Shown here piece by piece: positions 24,817 to 36,499 of a stretch of DNA of 63,008 bases. Position numbers and translations under genes: made by a program. Each line of letters begins with the position of its first letter. The stretch's first letter is position 1. Origin of the DNA: Gekko japonicus (Eukaryota); the NCBI RefSeq assembly GCF_001447785.1, contig NW_015176458.1, forward strand, positions 1,612,216 to 1,675,223, given 5' to 3'. The notes under the pieces are model-generated. The model was not told where the DNA came from and searched no databases. It was given only the letters and a program-made list of their open reading frames with translations.

Positions 24817-27800
24817 TTAAAAGACTCCAACATCGTTGTCATCGTGATCATCATCATAAACCCTAAGTGGTTAACTAGACTAATTAGCTATAGCTGTAGC
24901 TGGACAATTGCTGGCAGTCAATCTAATCTGTAAGGGGAAATTTTAATCACTGTTGTCAATGACGTTGCTTTTATGTGAAGCTATTTTGTTTTCCTGATAT
25001 TGTAATAAGTAATAAAAAGCAAACATTCTCAAGATGGCCTCTCATTTTAACAAAGAGCAGTAGCTTTTGTTTTTAAAAAGTTACTTCAATATTTTCCAAA
25101 ATGCCCCCCTACAGAGATGTTGCACAATAAATTGACTTCTGTTGATTTTACTGTTTTAAGTGAATTTCATTGTTATTTTACTGGCTTTTTATCGGTTTTA
25201 TTGTGCGTGGGGGACTTTTGAGGACTGTCTTGGGATCAGAGGGTTGCCAGCTTCCATGTGGAGCATAGTGATCTGGAATCACAACCAATACACCCTCTAA
25301 GCTGTGGAATCTTGTGAGCAAAAATTCTACTTTGTGAGCTACTGGCATTGAAGTTGTGAGCGAGTGATTTGGTTACTGCATAAATTAGTTTGCTCTGGAG
25401 CCATCCTTCCTGAGCTTAGTCAAAAATGTGTGAGCTGGGGGCTAAAAAACTGAGCTAGCTCACACTAACTCAGCTTAGAGGGAACACTGATCACAATACA
25501 GATTGGCTCACCAGGAGAGAGAGCCAGTTTGGTGTAGTGGTTAAGTGCACGGTTAAGTGGTGTAGTGGTTAAGTACACAGACTCTAATCTGGGAGAACCG
25601 GGTTTGATTCCCCATTCCTCCACATGCAGCTGCTGGATGACCTTGGGCAAGCCATATTTCTGTCAGAGCTGTTCTTGAAGGAGCACTCTTTGAAAAAGCT
25701 CTCTTAGCCCTACCTATCCCTTTCTTGTAATAATAGTTTTTATTATTTTAAACAAAAGAAATAGACAGACAAACATACATACATGAGAGTAATAATAGCA
25801 ATATTATATCTCTTAAACTACCTCATACACATATGTGTAATTGCAGACCTGTTAAACACTACACTATTTTTTAATATTTAAGCGCTGTCAAAAACATTTC
25901 TATAAATCCAGATTTAAGTATATCTTAAAATTTCATAATCACATAAATCTATAATTTTTGCAACTCTATAGATTAACAAAACATGTTCCTTCTATTTGAG
26001 CATTGTCTAAGCATTCTACAATAATCTTCTACAAGATACATTTAGATATTAACTAAATTTATACAATTCCCTAAATTCATAGTCAAATTATTTTCTCATT
26101 CTATTTGTTCTAATTATTTTAACATCACAAAAAAAATTCTCTAGCCTACTCAGCCTTGCTTACACATTTTAAAATAATATTCTGCTTAATAAAGTTTTTA
26201 AAGCATATTCCCTAATCAATCTACCCCAATTACATAAGCTCTTGGGATCCTTAAACCAATCTTGTTTATATAACACCTTTTATATTAGATTAAAACTTTG
26301 ATACCCTTTATAAGTTTACAATCTATGCAAATCTCTGTTATAAGCCTTACCTAAATATGAGTTAAAGTTTTTAAACATACTTCTCTAACTAATCTTATTC
26401 AAATAAACATTCATAAGTGTTCTCTAGACCAAATGTTTATACAGTTTATTCTTTTATAATTTATATAATCTGTTATAACACTTTCTAAAACACTTAAAAT
26501 TAATCTTCCCTTGAATATTTTTAATATGGGCTATAGTTTTGTAAATGTATAGAAAAACAAGCTCAATTATGACCAATGTTAATCAGTTACACATATATAA
26601 AGATTCCCTCGACCAATTTTATAATTTGCAGTTATATTAAAAGACTCCAACATCGTTGTCATCGTGATCATCATCATAAACCCTAAGTGGTTAACTAGAC
26701 TAATTAGCTATAGCTGTAGCTGGACAATTGCTGGCAGTCAATCTAATCCGTGAGGGGAAATTTTAATCACTGTTGTCTATGACGTTGCTTTTCTGTGAAG
26801 CTATTTTGTTTTCCTGATGTTATTGTAATAAGTAATAAAAAGCAAACATTCTCAAGATGGCCTCTCATTTTAACAAAGAGCAGTAGCTTTTGTTTTTAAA
26901 AAGTTACTTCAATATTTTCCAAAATGCCCCCCTACAGAGATGTTGCACAATAAATTGACTTCTGTTGATTTTACTGTTTTAAGTGAATTTCATTGTTATT
27001 TTACTGGCTTTTTATCGGTTTTATTGTGCGTGGGGGACTTTTGAGGACTGTCTTGGGATCAGAGGGTTGCCAGCTTCCATGTGGAGCATAGTGATCTGGA
27101 ATCACAACCAATGCACCCTCTAAGCTGTGGAGTCTTGTAAGCAAAAATTCTACTTTGTGAGCTACTGACATTGAAGTTGTGAGCGAGTGATTTGGTTACT
27201 GCATAAATTAGTTTGCTCTGGAGCCATCCTTCCTGAGCTAAGTAAAAAATGTGTGAGCTGGGGGCTAAAAAACTGAGCTAGCTCACACTAACTCAGCTTA
27301 GAGGGAACACTGATCACACTACAGATTGGCTCACCAGAAGAGAGAGCCAGTTTGGTGTAGTGGTTAAGTGCACGGTTAAGTGGTGTAGTGGTTAAGTACA
27401 CAGACTCTAATCTGGGAGAACCGGGTTTGATTCCCCATTCCTCCACATGCAGCTGCTGGATGACCTTGGGCAAGCCATATTTCTGTCAGAGCTGTTCTTG
27501 AAGGAGCACTCTTTGAAAAAGCTCTCTTAGCCCTACCTATCCCTTTCTTGTAATAATAGTTTTTATTATTTTAAACAAAAGAAATAGACAGACAAACATA
27601 CATACATGAGAGTAATAATAGCAATATTATATCTCTTAAACTACCTCATACACATATGTGTAATTGCAGACCTGTTAAACACTACACTATTTTTTAATAT
27701 TTAAGCGCTGTCAAAAACATTTCTATAAATCCAGATTTAAGTATATCTTAAAATTTCATAATCACATAAATCTATAATTTTTGCAACTCTATAGATTAAC

Positions 27801-28465
27801 AAAACATGTTCCTTCTATTTGAGCATTGTCTAAGCATTCTACAATAATCTTCTACAAGATACATTTAGATATTAACTAAATTTATACAATTCCCTAAATT
27901 CATAGTCAAATTATTTTCTCATTCTATTTGTTCTAATTATTTTAACATCACAAAAAAAATTCTCTAGCCTACTCAGCCTTGCTTACACATTTTAAAATAA
28001 TATTCTGCTTAATAAAGTTTTTAAAGCATATTCCCTAATCAATCTACCCCAATTACATAAGCTCTTGGGATCCTTAAACCAATCTTGTTTATATAACACC
28101 TTTTATATTAGATTAAAACTTTGATACCCTTTATAAGTTTACAATCTATGCAAATCTCTGTTATAAGCCTTACCTAAATATGAGTTAAAGTTTTTAAACA
28201 TACTTCTCTAACTAATCTTATTCAAATAAACATTCATAAGTGTTCTCTAGACCAAATGTTTATACAGTTTATTCTTTTATAATTTATATAATCTGTTATA
28301 ACACTTTCTAAAACACTTAAAATTAATCTTCCCTTGAATATTTTTAATATGGGCTATAGTTTTGTAAATGTATAGAAAAACAAGCTCAATTATGACCAAT
28401 GTTAATCAGTTACACATATATAAAGATTCCCTCGACCAATTTTATAATTTGCAGTTATATATTAA
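24817..28465. repeat. ~1.82-kb tandem duplication
   Basis: aagactccaacatcg... begins at 24821 and 26641. Identical ORFs are offset by 1823 bp (25465 vs 27288). Confidence 0.97.
25286..25489. mobile_element. hAT MITE, same family as 57212-57417 (duplicated at 27109-27312)
   Basis: TIRs are present with TSD atcacaac/atcacaat. Confidence 0.9.
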
Positions 28466-28466
28466 C
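27542..28466 (-). mobile_element. AT-rich retroposed insert (probable L1-type 3' UTR), duplicated at 25719-26640
   Basis: It interrupts a Squam3-like SINE with TSD acctatc and has a minus-strand AATAAA near its left end. No ORF is present. Confidence 0.65.
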
Positions 28467-28870
28467 ACCTATCTCACAGGGTGTCTGTTGTGGGGAGGAG
28501 AAGGGGAAAGTGTTTGTAAGCTGCTCTGAGGCTCCAAGTGAAGGGGGGGTATAAATCCAATCTGTTCTTCTCCTTCTTCTTTTTCTTCAGGAGGAAACAA
28601 CAGCTTTAGAAAGTGGCATTATACCCTGCCAATGTCCCTCCTCAAACCCCATCCTCCCCAGGCTCCACCCAAAATCTCCCAGAGCTTCCAAAACTGGAGT
28701 TGGTGCCCCTACTCGGGCAGTTTTGAGTTGCTTCTTGTCATCATGGTTTATTGTCTGCTCCTTCTTTGACTAAGGTGTGTTCTGCAAAAGCCTGGACTTG
28801 GGCTTTTTCAAACAATCTCCTGGAAGAGGTCAGAGGAGCTGCTCCCCTCCTGGTTGTTCAGCAAGGCCAT

Positions 28871-28938
28871 GTTGTTGTTGTTGTTCAGTCACACAGTTGA
28901 GTCCAACTCTTTGTGACCATAGAACATAGACCATAGAA
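28871..28938 (-). mobile_element. Very short BovB-type 3' tail
   Basis: (gtt)n cagtcacacagttgagtccaactctttgtgacc, flanked by TSD caaggccat. Confidence 0.75.
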
Positions 28939-29164
28939 CAAGGCCATAAAACAGAATTATATAAAAAAAAAGTTTGTGGCCATCTGAGTTGGGACAAAGC
29001 TGTGCATGAGTTGCTTTTAGACTGATGTCTTCAAATATAGTTTAAATGCTCTCCATCTTTATTGTTTAAATGTTTGGTTTTTGGTATCACTTTGACTAAA
29101 TAGCGTTTTAACATATTATTATAAGTTATTTGCCTTGTATCGTGAGTTTGTCAGGAAAAAGGAG

Positions 29165-29368
29165 AGGAGCCACGGCTCAGTGCTAGAGTATCTGCTTGGC
29201 ACGCAAAAGGTCCTAAATTCAATCCCTGGCACCTCCAGTTAAAAAGATCAGAACGCTGGTGATGTGGAAGACCTCTGTCACCTTGGAATGCTGCTGCCAG
29301 TCTGAGTCAACAACATTGTCCTTGATGGACCAGTGGTCTGATTCAGTATAAGGCAGTTTCACGTGTTC
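29165..29368 (+). mobile_element. Squam2-like tRNA-derived SINE
   Basis: ggctcagtgctagag...ttcaatccctggca...gatggaccagtggtctgattcagtataaggcag. Other copies lie at 12510-12676, 40115-40300 and 50430-50625 (all minus). Confidence 0.8.
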
Positions 29369-29876
29369 AAAAAGGGAAGCATATAAATACTGCAAAGAAG
29401 TCACTCCTGCTCCCACAATGCCAACTGCTAAAAGACCCAAAAGTTTCCTTCTGGGTTGTAAATACATAGGTGCCATAAAGACTTTATACAGTATCTGAAT
29501 GGGTGAACTCTACTGTGCCATCCTAAACAGAATTAATCCTTCTAAGACCATTGACGTCCCTGGGCTTAGAAGGGTGTAACTCTGCTTAGGACAGCACTGC
29601 TAGCCCTCTGCAAGTTAGTCCCTGAAGCCCCAGCCACATAAAATAGGGAATTCCCTGTACATACGCTAAATCATGTTAGTAGTTAGATTTCCTAGCCATA
29701 TTTACAACTTCATCCTATCATTTTCTAGATAGGGGCAGCTGCTTTTAGTATCCAGTACTACAGGGTCCCCAGCCGTCACAAGGGTACCAATTGTGCCCTT
29801 ATACCAGCACCAAAATCTGCCCCCTCCAGCAGCCCAGAGCAAATGTTTGCATTCCAAACCCAAGTTAGTGTAAAGA

Positions 29877-31396
29877 TTTTTTTTCAAATTAAATTTTATT
29901 AATTTCAAAATCTTACAAATTAATTACAAGCTTTTTTACTACGAGAAATAGAATTAACATTCTTTAATAGTAATCTACTACAAGTTGCCAACTCTATTCT
30001 GCTTCTACTTCATTTGTAAATTATAGTCATTGATTAAATCTAATAGAACTTGGCACGCCTAAATAAATATTTCTGCCTCTCAAAATTACTCCAGTACAAA
30101 CGCAAGTATAAACTCTATTTCCCATAATTTTCCTTATATCTTTTTGAGCAATGTTTTGTTAAGTCTCCTTATATTTATAACCATATGTTCTGTATATATT
30201 TCATTTCAAAATTTATATTATAGGATGAATTACTATAAAGTAAAATAGAAAGAAAGAAAAGAAATATATTACTCCGTTTCATTACTCTACTCTCTTAAAA
30301 TCTTTACTATAATTATATTCTTCTTCTTAAACTGGAGCTCTTCTAATCGGCGTTCCCTCCCACTGGGACTCCGGAGCGGTTCCAAAGAACCCATTGGGGA
30401 GGTGTGTGGGGGGGAATCCCATCGGCCTTTCCTGCGTGATCCTCTACACTTTATATTCCAGACTGCTTTATTTGGGGAAAAGATAGAGGGTAAAAGAAAG
30501 AAAGAAAAAGTAACACTATAGCTGCAATCTCCTCCAATGTAATTCTTTACAGTCTTGTGGTATGTTCCTCTTCTTCTGGTTACCAGTTCTTGGTTTCCTA
30601 TCCCGAATCTGATTCCAGCACCTTCAGAAGCTCTTCACCAGAACTTAGATCATGGGCTGTGTATATGTGTCCTCGGTGTGTAATCGATATATATCCGAGT
30701 GGAAGCCAACGGTACCTGTAGTTCTTCTCTGCAAGCTTTCGTGCAATTGGATGCATATTTTTCCAGGCATTTAGTATTTCAAAAGGAATATCTGGATACA
30801 GCTGGACCAAAGTAAGTGTCCTCAAGCTTCAAGACCTCTGTTCTTCCTGGCAATTTCCAAAAGGTTCCGCTTAGTCTGTGTATCCTTAAGTTCTGCCACG
30901 ATATCAGGTATCAGTGCTGGCAAGCCCGTTTGGGGAGGATTTAAATGGAAAACATTGTTTACCACTGGCCCCAGAAGCTGTATAATTCCCTCTAACCACT
31001 CATTTAAAGCAACAGTAAGGTCCTTGTTTAAATCAAAGTTCAGAGAAATTCCATGAAATTTTACTTTGGTTTCCCGTGATTTGATTTCTAACAACATTAG
31101 CTTGCTTTTTGCCCATCCTTCAAATGTTTTCAAACCAGCTATTTCTTTAGAGTTCTTTTGCATGCTGGCAACCGCTGGCTCCGCCTTCACATGTACATCC
31201 AGTAACATTTTGTTAACTTCATCCAATTGGAGGGGTTCTTACCACCTTTTGATCCCTTAGCCTTCCCCATTGTTTTGGTAAAGCTGTGATATTTAAATTG
31301 CAGTCTTTAAAAAATTTTAATTCTTTTGTAGGAGCTCTACGAGGAGGCAGTGTTGGGTGCGACTGCGCAGTCCTGCTGTCGCTCCGCGCCCCCCCC
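29877..31396 (-). mobile_element. ORF1-only L1 derivative (HAL1-like)
   Basis: On the minus strand: G-run 5' end at 31396, L1 ORF1p-like frames (30822-31226 coiled coil/RRM; 30598-30825 VQLYPDIPFEIL...YRYRW C-terminal domain), an AT-rich 3' region, AATAAA (29895-29900) and A8 (29877-29884). No ORF2 motifs lie between ORF1 and the tail. Confidence 0.75.
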
Positions 31397-31699
31397 AGTG
31401 TATACTCTTGATGGCAAAATCAAGTGTACTCCTACCTAATGCCTAAAATGGCCATTGTTCCTATTTCCAAATGGGAAAAAATGCACCTAGATCCTCAGGA
31501 TAAGATCATTACACTCTCTATGTACAGTAAACTAAAAGTTAATGATATAAAGCGGAGTCCTTTTAACCCAACATGTGCAATTGTTGTTTGAAATAATGAA
31601 CCACTTCTGTGCATAAACAAAACACTTCGATCTCAGGGTATTATTCCTGAGCTAAGTTTCTGATGAAAACACCTCATAGGATTTCATAAGCTCTTGTTG

Positions 31700-32159
31700 C
31701 TTTGTCACGAGCACGCCACCACTGTCTCTCTAACCGTCTAAGCCTTTGCTTCATCAGCCTCAGCTCCTGGGTATACCAAGGAGCCAGCCTAGTGCGCAGG
31801 CACAGAGGGTGTCTGGGAGCGATGTCGTCGATGGCTGTTGAGAGTCAGTTTTGCCAGTCCTAGAGTAGCTCATCTAATGAGCTGCCAGAGGGCATGGGGT
31901 CCCGCAGAGCCATCTGAAGTTGCACTGGGTCCATTTGGCTCCGCGGGCAAGCTAAAATACGCTCGCCACCCAAACAGGGTAGGGGTGGCACATTCACTCG
32001 GGCCCTCAGGGCATGGTGTTCTGACCATGGAACTGCCGTAGCAGTAATCCGGGCCACTGTAACCCCCACCGCGAAGATCAAATGAAGCATGTGACTAGTT
32101 TGGTGAGTGGGGGCCGTTACATATTGGGAGAGTACCAGCGCTGCCATGGACGACATCAA
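31700..32159 (-). mobile_element. L2 LINE ORF2 fragment (endonuclease C-terminal region)
   Basis: LSQYVTAPTHQTSHMLHLIF...PWSEH resembles the L2/CR1-group PTH..GHTLDL...SDH motifs. Confidence 0.8.
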
Positions 32160-32605
32160 GTCCGTTCTTTAGAGTTCTTTTGCATGCCATCAACCGCTGT
32201 CTCTGCCTTCGCATGTACATCCAGTAACTTTTTGTTAACTTCATCCAACTTATTAATAATAGGAGTAATGCTGTTTCTTATCTCTTCTTTTAAGTCTTGT
32301 TTGAGGTCTGTAAGCATCTCCTGTAAATGCTTTTTAGTTAAAGAGTCTTCTCTTTTCCTTTTACTTGCCCGAGCTTCTGCTTCTTCCATTTCCAACAGGA
32401 GGGGGAGAGTTTTTCTCCAAAGAATGTTGGCTTTCTTGCATTGCTCTAGGCATTGGTTTGGAGGGATTCTTACCACCTTTTGATCCCTTAGCCTTTCCCA
32501 TTGTTTTTGTAAAGCTGTGATATTTAAATTGCACTCCTTTTTTATTTTAATTCTTTTGTAGGTGCTCGACATGGAAGCAGTGTTGGGTGTGACTGTGCAG
32601 TCTCA
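32160..32605 (-). mobile_element. 5' fragment of the same L1/HAL1-type family (ORF1 N-terminus)
   Basis: ORF 32156-32572 (MSSTYKRIK...LDEVNKKLLDVHAKAETAV) aligns by eye with 31145-31370 and contains ~210 bp that the other copy lacks. Confidence 0.8.
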
Positions 32606-33092
32606 TTGAGGAAAGGATACAGCCAATGGTTTTTGGCCCATTTGCCTGGGGCAGGATCTAGAATTAGCTGCAGGACAGACGGTCATCTTTTCACTGCAGC
32701 AACTCGATCCTTAAAACAGGGTTAGCCATTGGGCATGTGGATGAGAAGTCAATGGCCAAGATTTATTTAATATGTCTCTGTTGTTTCTGGTGTGGAAAAT
32801 GTTTGCTCCCACTTTTTGATATACATGCTTGCAGATTCATTTGGGGTGATCAAAAGAAAAGGGTTTTTTAAAGTATTGTCCTGTAGAAACTGCTGGGAAA
32901 TTTTTATTTATTTATTTTTGGATTTAAATCCCGCCCTCCCCGAAGGGCGAAATTGGTTTTCATAGTGCTAGTGCTTTTCATTTTAATTTTGTGCAAAGGT
33001 CGCAATTCTGTACTTAACAGCCAAGGACTGGCCCCAGTGTAGACAAGTAACTCCATGCAGCAGCTACCATTTTGGACCAGCCATATAGCACA

Positions 33093-33695
33093 GATGGAGG
33101 GTGGTGAGCAGTGGGGTACTGCATGGATCTGTACTGGGTCCGATGCTTTTAGACTTGTTCATTAATGATTTGGAGTTGGGAGTAAGCAGTGAAGTGGCTA
33201 AATTTGCGGATGACATGAAATTGTTCAGGGTGGTGAAAACCAGGGGGGATTGTGAGGCACTCCAAAGGGATCTTTTGAGGATGGGCGAGTGGGTGACAAC
33301 ATGGCAAATGGAGTTCAATCTGGCCAAGTGCAAAGTGATGCACATTGGGGCCAAAAATCCTAACTATTAATACACATTGATGGGGTCCAAACTGGCAGAG
33401 ACTGACCAAGAGAGAGATCTTGGAGTCATAGTAGATAACTCACTGAAAATGTCAAGACAGTGTGCAACTGCAATAAAAAAGGCCAACGCTATGCTGGGGA
33501 TTATTAGGAAGGGAATTGAAAACAAATCAGCCAGTATCATAATGCCCCTGTATAAATTAATGGTGTGACCTCATTTGGAATACTGTGTACAGTTCTTGTC
33601 ACCACACCTCAAAAAAGATATTATAGCATTGGAAAAAGTGCAGAAAAGGGCAACTCGAATGATAAAAGGGTTGGAACACTTTCCCTATGAAGAAA
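33093..33695 (+). mobile_element. CR1 LINE reverse transcriptase fragment (runs into gap)
   Basis: SGVLHGSVLGPMLL..FINDLE...KFADDMKL...LQRDL...W...FN..KCKVMHIG, ERDLGV and [15 protein letters not shown] are typical CR1 ORF2 motifs. In-frame stops are present. Confidence 0.95.
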
Positions 33696-34100
33696 NNNNN
33701 NNNNNNNNNNNNNNNNNNNNNNNNNNNNNNNNNNNNNNNNNNNNNNNNNNNNNNNNNNNNNNNNNNNNNNNNNNNNNNNNNNNNNNNNNNNNNNNNNNNN
33801 NNNNNNNNNNNNNNNNNNNNNNNNNNNNNNNNNNNNNNNNNNNNNNNNNNNNNNNNNNNNNNNNNNNNNNNNNNNNNNNNNNNNNNNNNNNNNNNNNNNN
33901 NNNNNNNNNNNNNNNNNNNNNNNNNNNNNNNNNNNNNNNNNNNNNNNNNNNNNNNNNNNNNNNNNNNNNNNNNNNNNNNNNNNNNNNNNNNNNNNNNNNN
34001 NNNNNNNNNNNNNNNNNNNNNNNNNNNNNNNNNNNNNNNNNNNNNNNNNNNNNNNNNNNNNNNNNNNNNNNNNNNNNNNNNNNNNNNNNNNNNNNNNNNN
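33696..34100. other. Assembly gap (405 N)
   Basis: N run. Confidence 1.
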
Positions 34101-34195
34101 TCAGAGGATGGCAGAAGACAGGAAGGCCTGGCATGATCTGGTCCATGGGGTCACGAAGAATCGGACTCGACTGTGCGACTGAACAACAACAACAA
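34101..34195 (+). mobile_element. RTE-BovB LINE 3' end
   Basis: ggtccatggggtcacgaagaatcggactcgactg followed by a (caa)n tail. Confidence 0.88.
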
Positions 34196-34550
34196 AAAGC
34201 TCACAGTATTTTAGCCTCCGGGTCACACATTTTTGTCTTAGCTCAAGAAGGATGACTCCAGAGCAAACTAATTTATGCAGTAGCCAAATCACTCGCTCAC
34301 AAATTTAATGCCAGTAGCTCACAAAGCAGAATTTTTGCTCATAAGACTCCACAGCTTAGAGGGAGCATTGCTTGGGGGAGGCAACAGTGGGAGGGCTTCT
34401 AGGGTCCTGGCCCCACTGATGGACCTCCTGATGGCACCTGGTATTTTTTGCCACTGTGTGACAGAGTGTTGGACTGGATGGGCCATTGGCCTGATCCAAC
34501 ATTGGCTTCTCTTATGTTGTTGTGTTCTAGGTTTGCAGGAAATAATACTT

Positions 34551-34807
34551 AAAAAAAACTAATTGGAGGCAAACAAAACAATGACAGCAACGTCACCCTG
34601 ACATGGATGGTCTAGGCTAGCCAAATTTTTTCAGACATTGGAATCGAAGCATGGTCAGCCCTGGTTAGTACTTGGATGGAAAAAAACTAATTGGAGGCAA
34701 ACAAAACAATGACAGCAACGTCACCCTGACATGGATGGTCTAGGCTAGCCAAATTTTTTCAGACATTGGAATCGAAGCATGGTCAGCCCTGGTTAGTACT
34801 TGGATGG
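34551..34807. repeat. 128-bp tandem duplication, identical by eye
   Basis: aaaaaactaattggaggc...gtacttggatgg occurs twice. Confidence 0.95.
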
Positions 34808-34912
34808 GAGACCACCAAGGAAGTCCAGGGTTGGTACATACCTCTGAACATCTCTTGCCTTGAAAACCCCATGAGGGGTTGCCATAAGTTGGCTGCGACT
34901 TGATGGCACTTT
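34730..34912 (+). mobile_element. 5S-derived SINE with RTE-type tail
   Basis: tggttagtacttggatgggagaccacc (5S box C region) and cttgccttgaaaacccc...gccataagttggctgcgacttgatggcac. Related pieces lie at 21325-21500 (-) and 59865-59953 (-). Confidence 0.82.
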
Positions 34913-36223
34913 CCATCAATAGCAACTTCAGTGCTATTTATCTCTGAAGGAAGGGAAAGATGGGCAAAGAAGATTGGTGGATGCTCATTTAATGAGAGGG
35001 TCATAGATAGAGGAGGAGGAGAAGTAGTAGTGGTAGTAGTAGTAGTAGTAGTTGCCCAATGTCCCCCAAAACCTGGATGCACCAACAGGCAAGATCAGAT
35101 ATCAAGCTGATAATTGAAATGTTAAACACTTTCCCCTTTTATAATAATGGGATTTTTCTTGAGAGCTTGACCCTGTCTCAAATATCTAAGTTTTGTTGTT
35201 CCAAATTCTGATGAGTGTACAAGCAAGGGAAGGTTGCAGTCTATTGTCTGAGCTTCATTTTCCTGAAGTTGTAAATTCAGAGTGGAATCAAATAACCCAT
35301 ATGTTTTGTAAAGATGACTCAAATAAATTGAGTGTTCTTTAGCTTGGAAAAATGAGAACTTCTTTTGAAAAAAATAACCCAAAGTACATTTGGGAATTTA
35401 ACACTGATCAGTCTGATGGAAAAAGGGAGGGGGGTTGACTCCAGCTGTTACCAGCAGTCTTGGCACTGGAAAGTGTCTCTAATCCAACTGTTGCAGAGTG
35501 GAAAAGTCTGAGTAGCGGCACAGAGCTATCCCACACCGGATGGAACTCCCAACTGCCCCTCATCTTATCAACTGCTCTGCCTCAGTCTTTTCAATACTGC
35601 AACAGCAAATAGGGTTTCCTTGCATTCCTCTTGCCCTGCTCTGACATTCCAGATTTATCCATTCATATATTTTGGGATGCTTTGTGCACTGCATCCCCCC
35701 TCCCCCAACTATACCTCTAAAAATATAAAAGTAGAATGTCACAAAAGAGTGACTGGAAACACATATCAAGGAAGTACGCTTAAGAAGCAGAAGGTGGCTG
35801 GGGCTCTCTAACTGGTGTATATTTGGCAACTCCCTTTTGTAGCTGCTAAATGCATAAACTACCATTAGCTATTTATTTATTTGGGGGTGGAGGATTTCCC
35901 CTAAGCCAGTTCTTTTCTGAGATACTTGCTGTGCAATCCTATGCAGAGTTATTGCAGTCCACACACATTGATTTCAATGGACAGAGACTGGAGTCACTTT
36001 GCATAGGATCGCACTGTGCACTGTGCCCTCTAGCATGCACTGAGTGAAACATGTACAATGAAGTGAGAGCAAAAAAGAAAGAAAGAAAAGAAGGGGAACA
36101 AAAAACTTTACCCCAAAAAATTGAATTAAGAACCAGGAAGGTTAAATGAATACAAGTCTGAGGTCCAATTCCTAAAAATAATAAACGTGAAACAGAAATA
36201 TATAAATAGTACAAAATTTTAAG

Positions 36224-36499
36224 AAGAAGAAGAAGAGATTAGATTTATACCCCGCCCTTCACTACCCAAAGGTGTCTCAGAACGGCTTACAAACTCCTTT
36301 CCCTTCCCCTCCCCACAACAAACACCCTGTGAGGTAGGTGGGGCTGAGAGAACTCTTGACAGAAACTGCTCTTTTTCAAGAACAGCTGTGCCAGAGTTAT
36401 GGCTTGCCCAAGGTCATCCAGCCAGGTGCAAGTGGAGGAGGGGGGAATCAAACCCGGTTCTCCCAGATTAGAGTCCGAGCACTTAACCACTACACCAAA
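36224..36499 (-). mobile_element. Squam3-like tRNA/CORE SINE
   Basis: Minus strand reads tttggtgtagtggttaag...ccgggtttgattcccc...tgaccttgggc...cacctacctcacaggg with a (ttc)n tail. Related copies lie at 2985-3172, 8645-8862, 23440-23665, 25517-25718, 27340-28587, 42597-43140, 52385-52607 and 59955-60046. Confidence 0.85.

Noticed and set aside
33575-34255. 226-, 153- and 149-aa ORFs
   Set aside because: They are open only because they cross a 405-N gap; the flanks are CR1 and BovB fragments.
34740-34820. 5S rRNA gene
   Set aside because: Partial, diverged and followed by an RTE-type tail, so it is a 5S-derived SINE.
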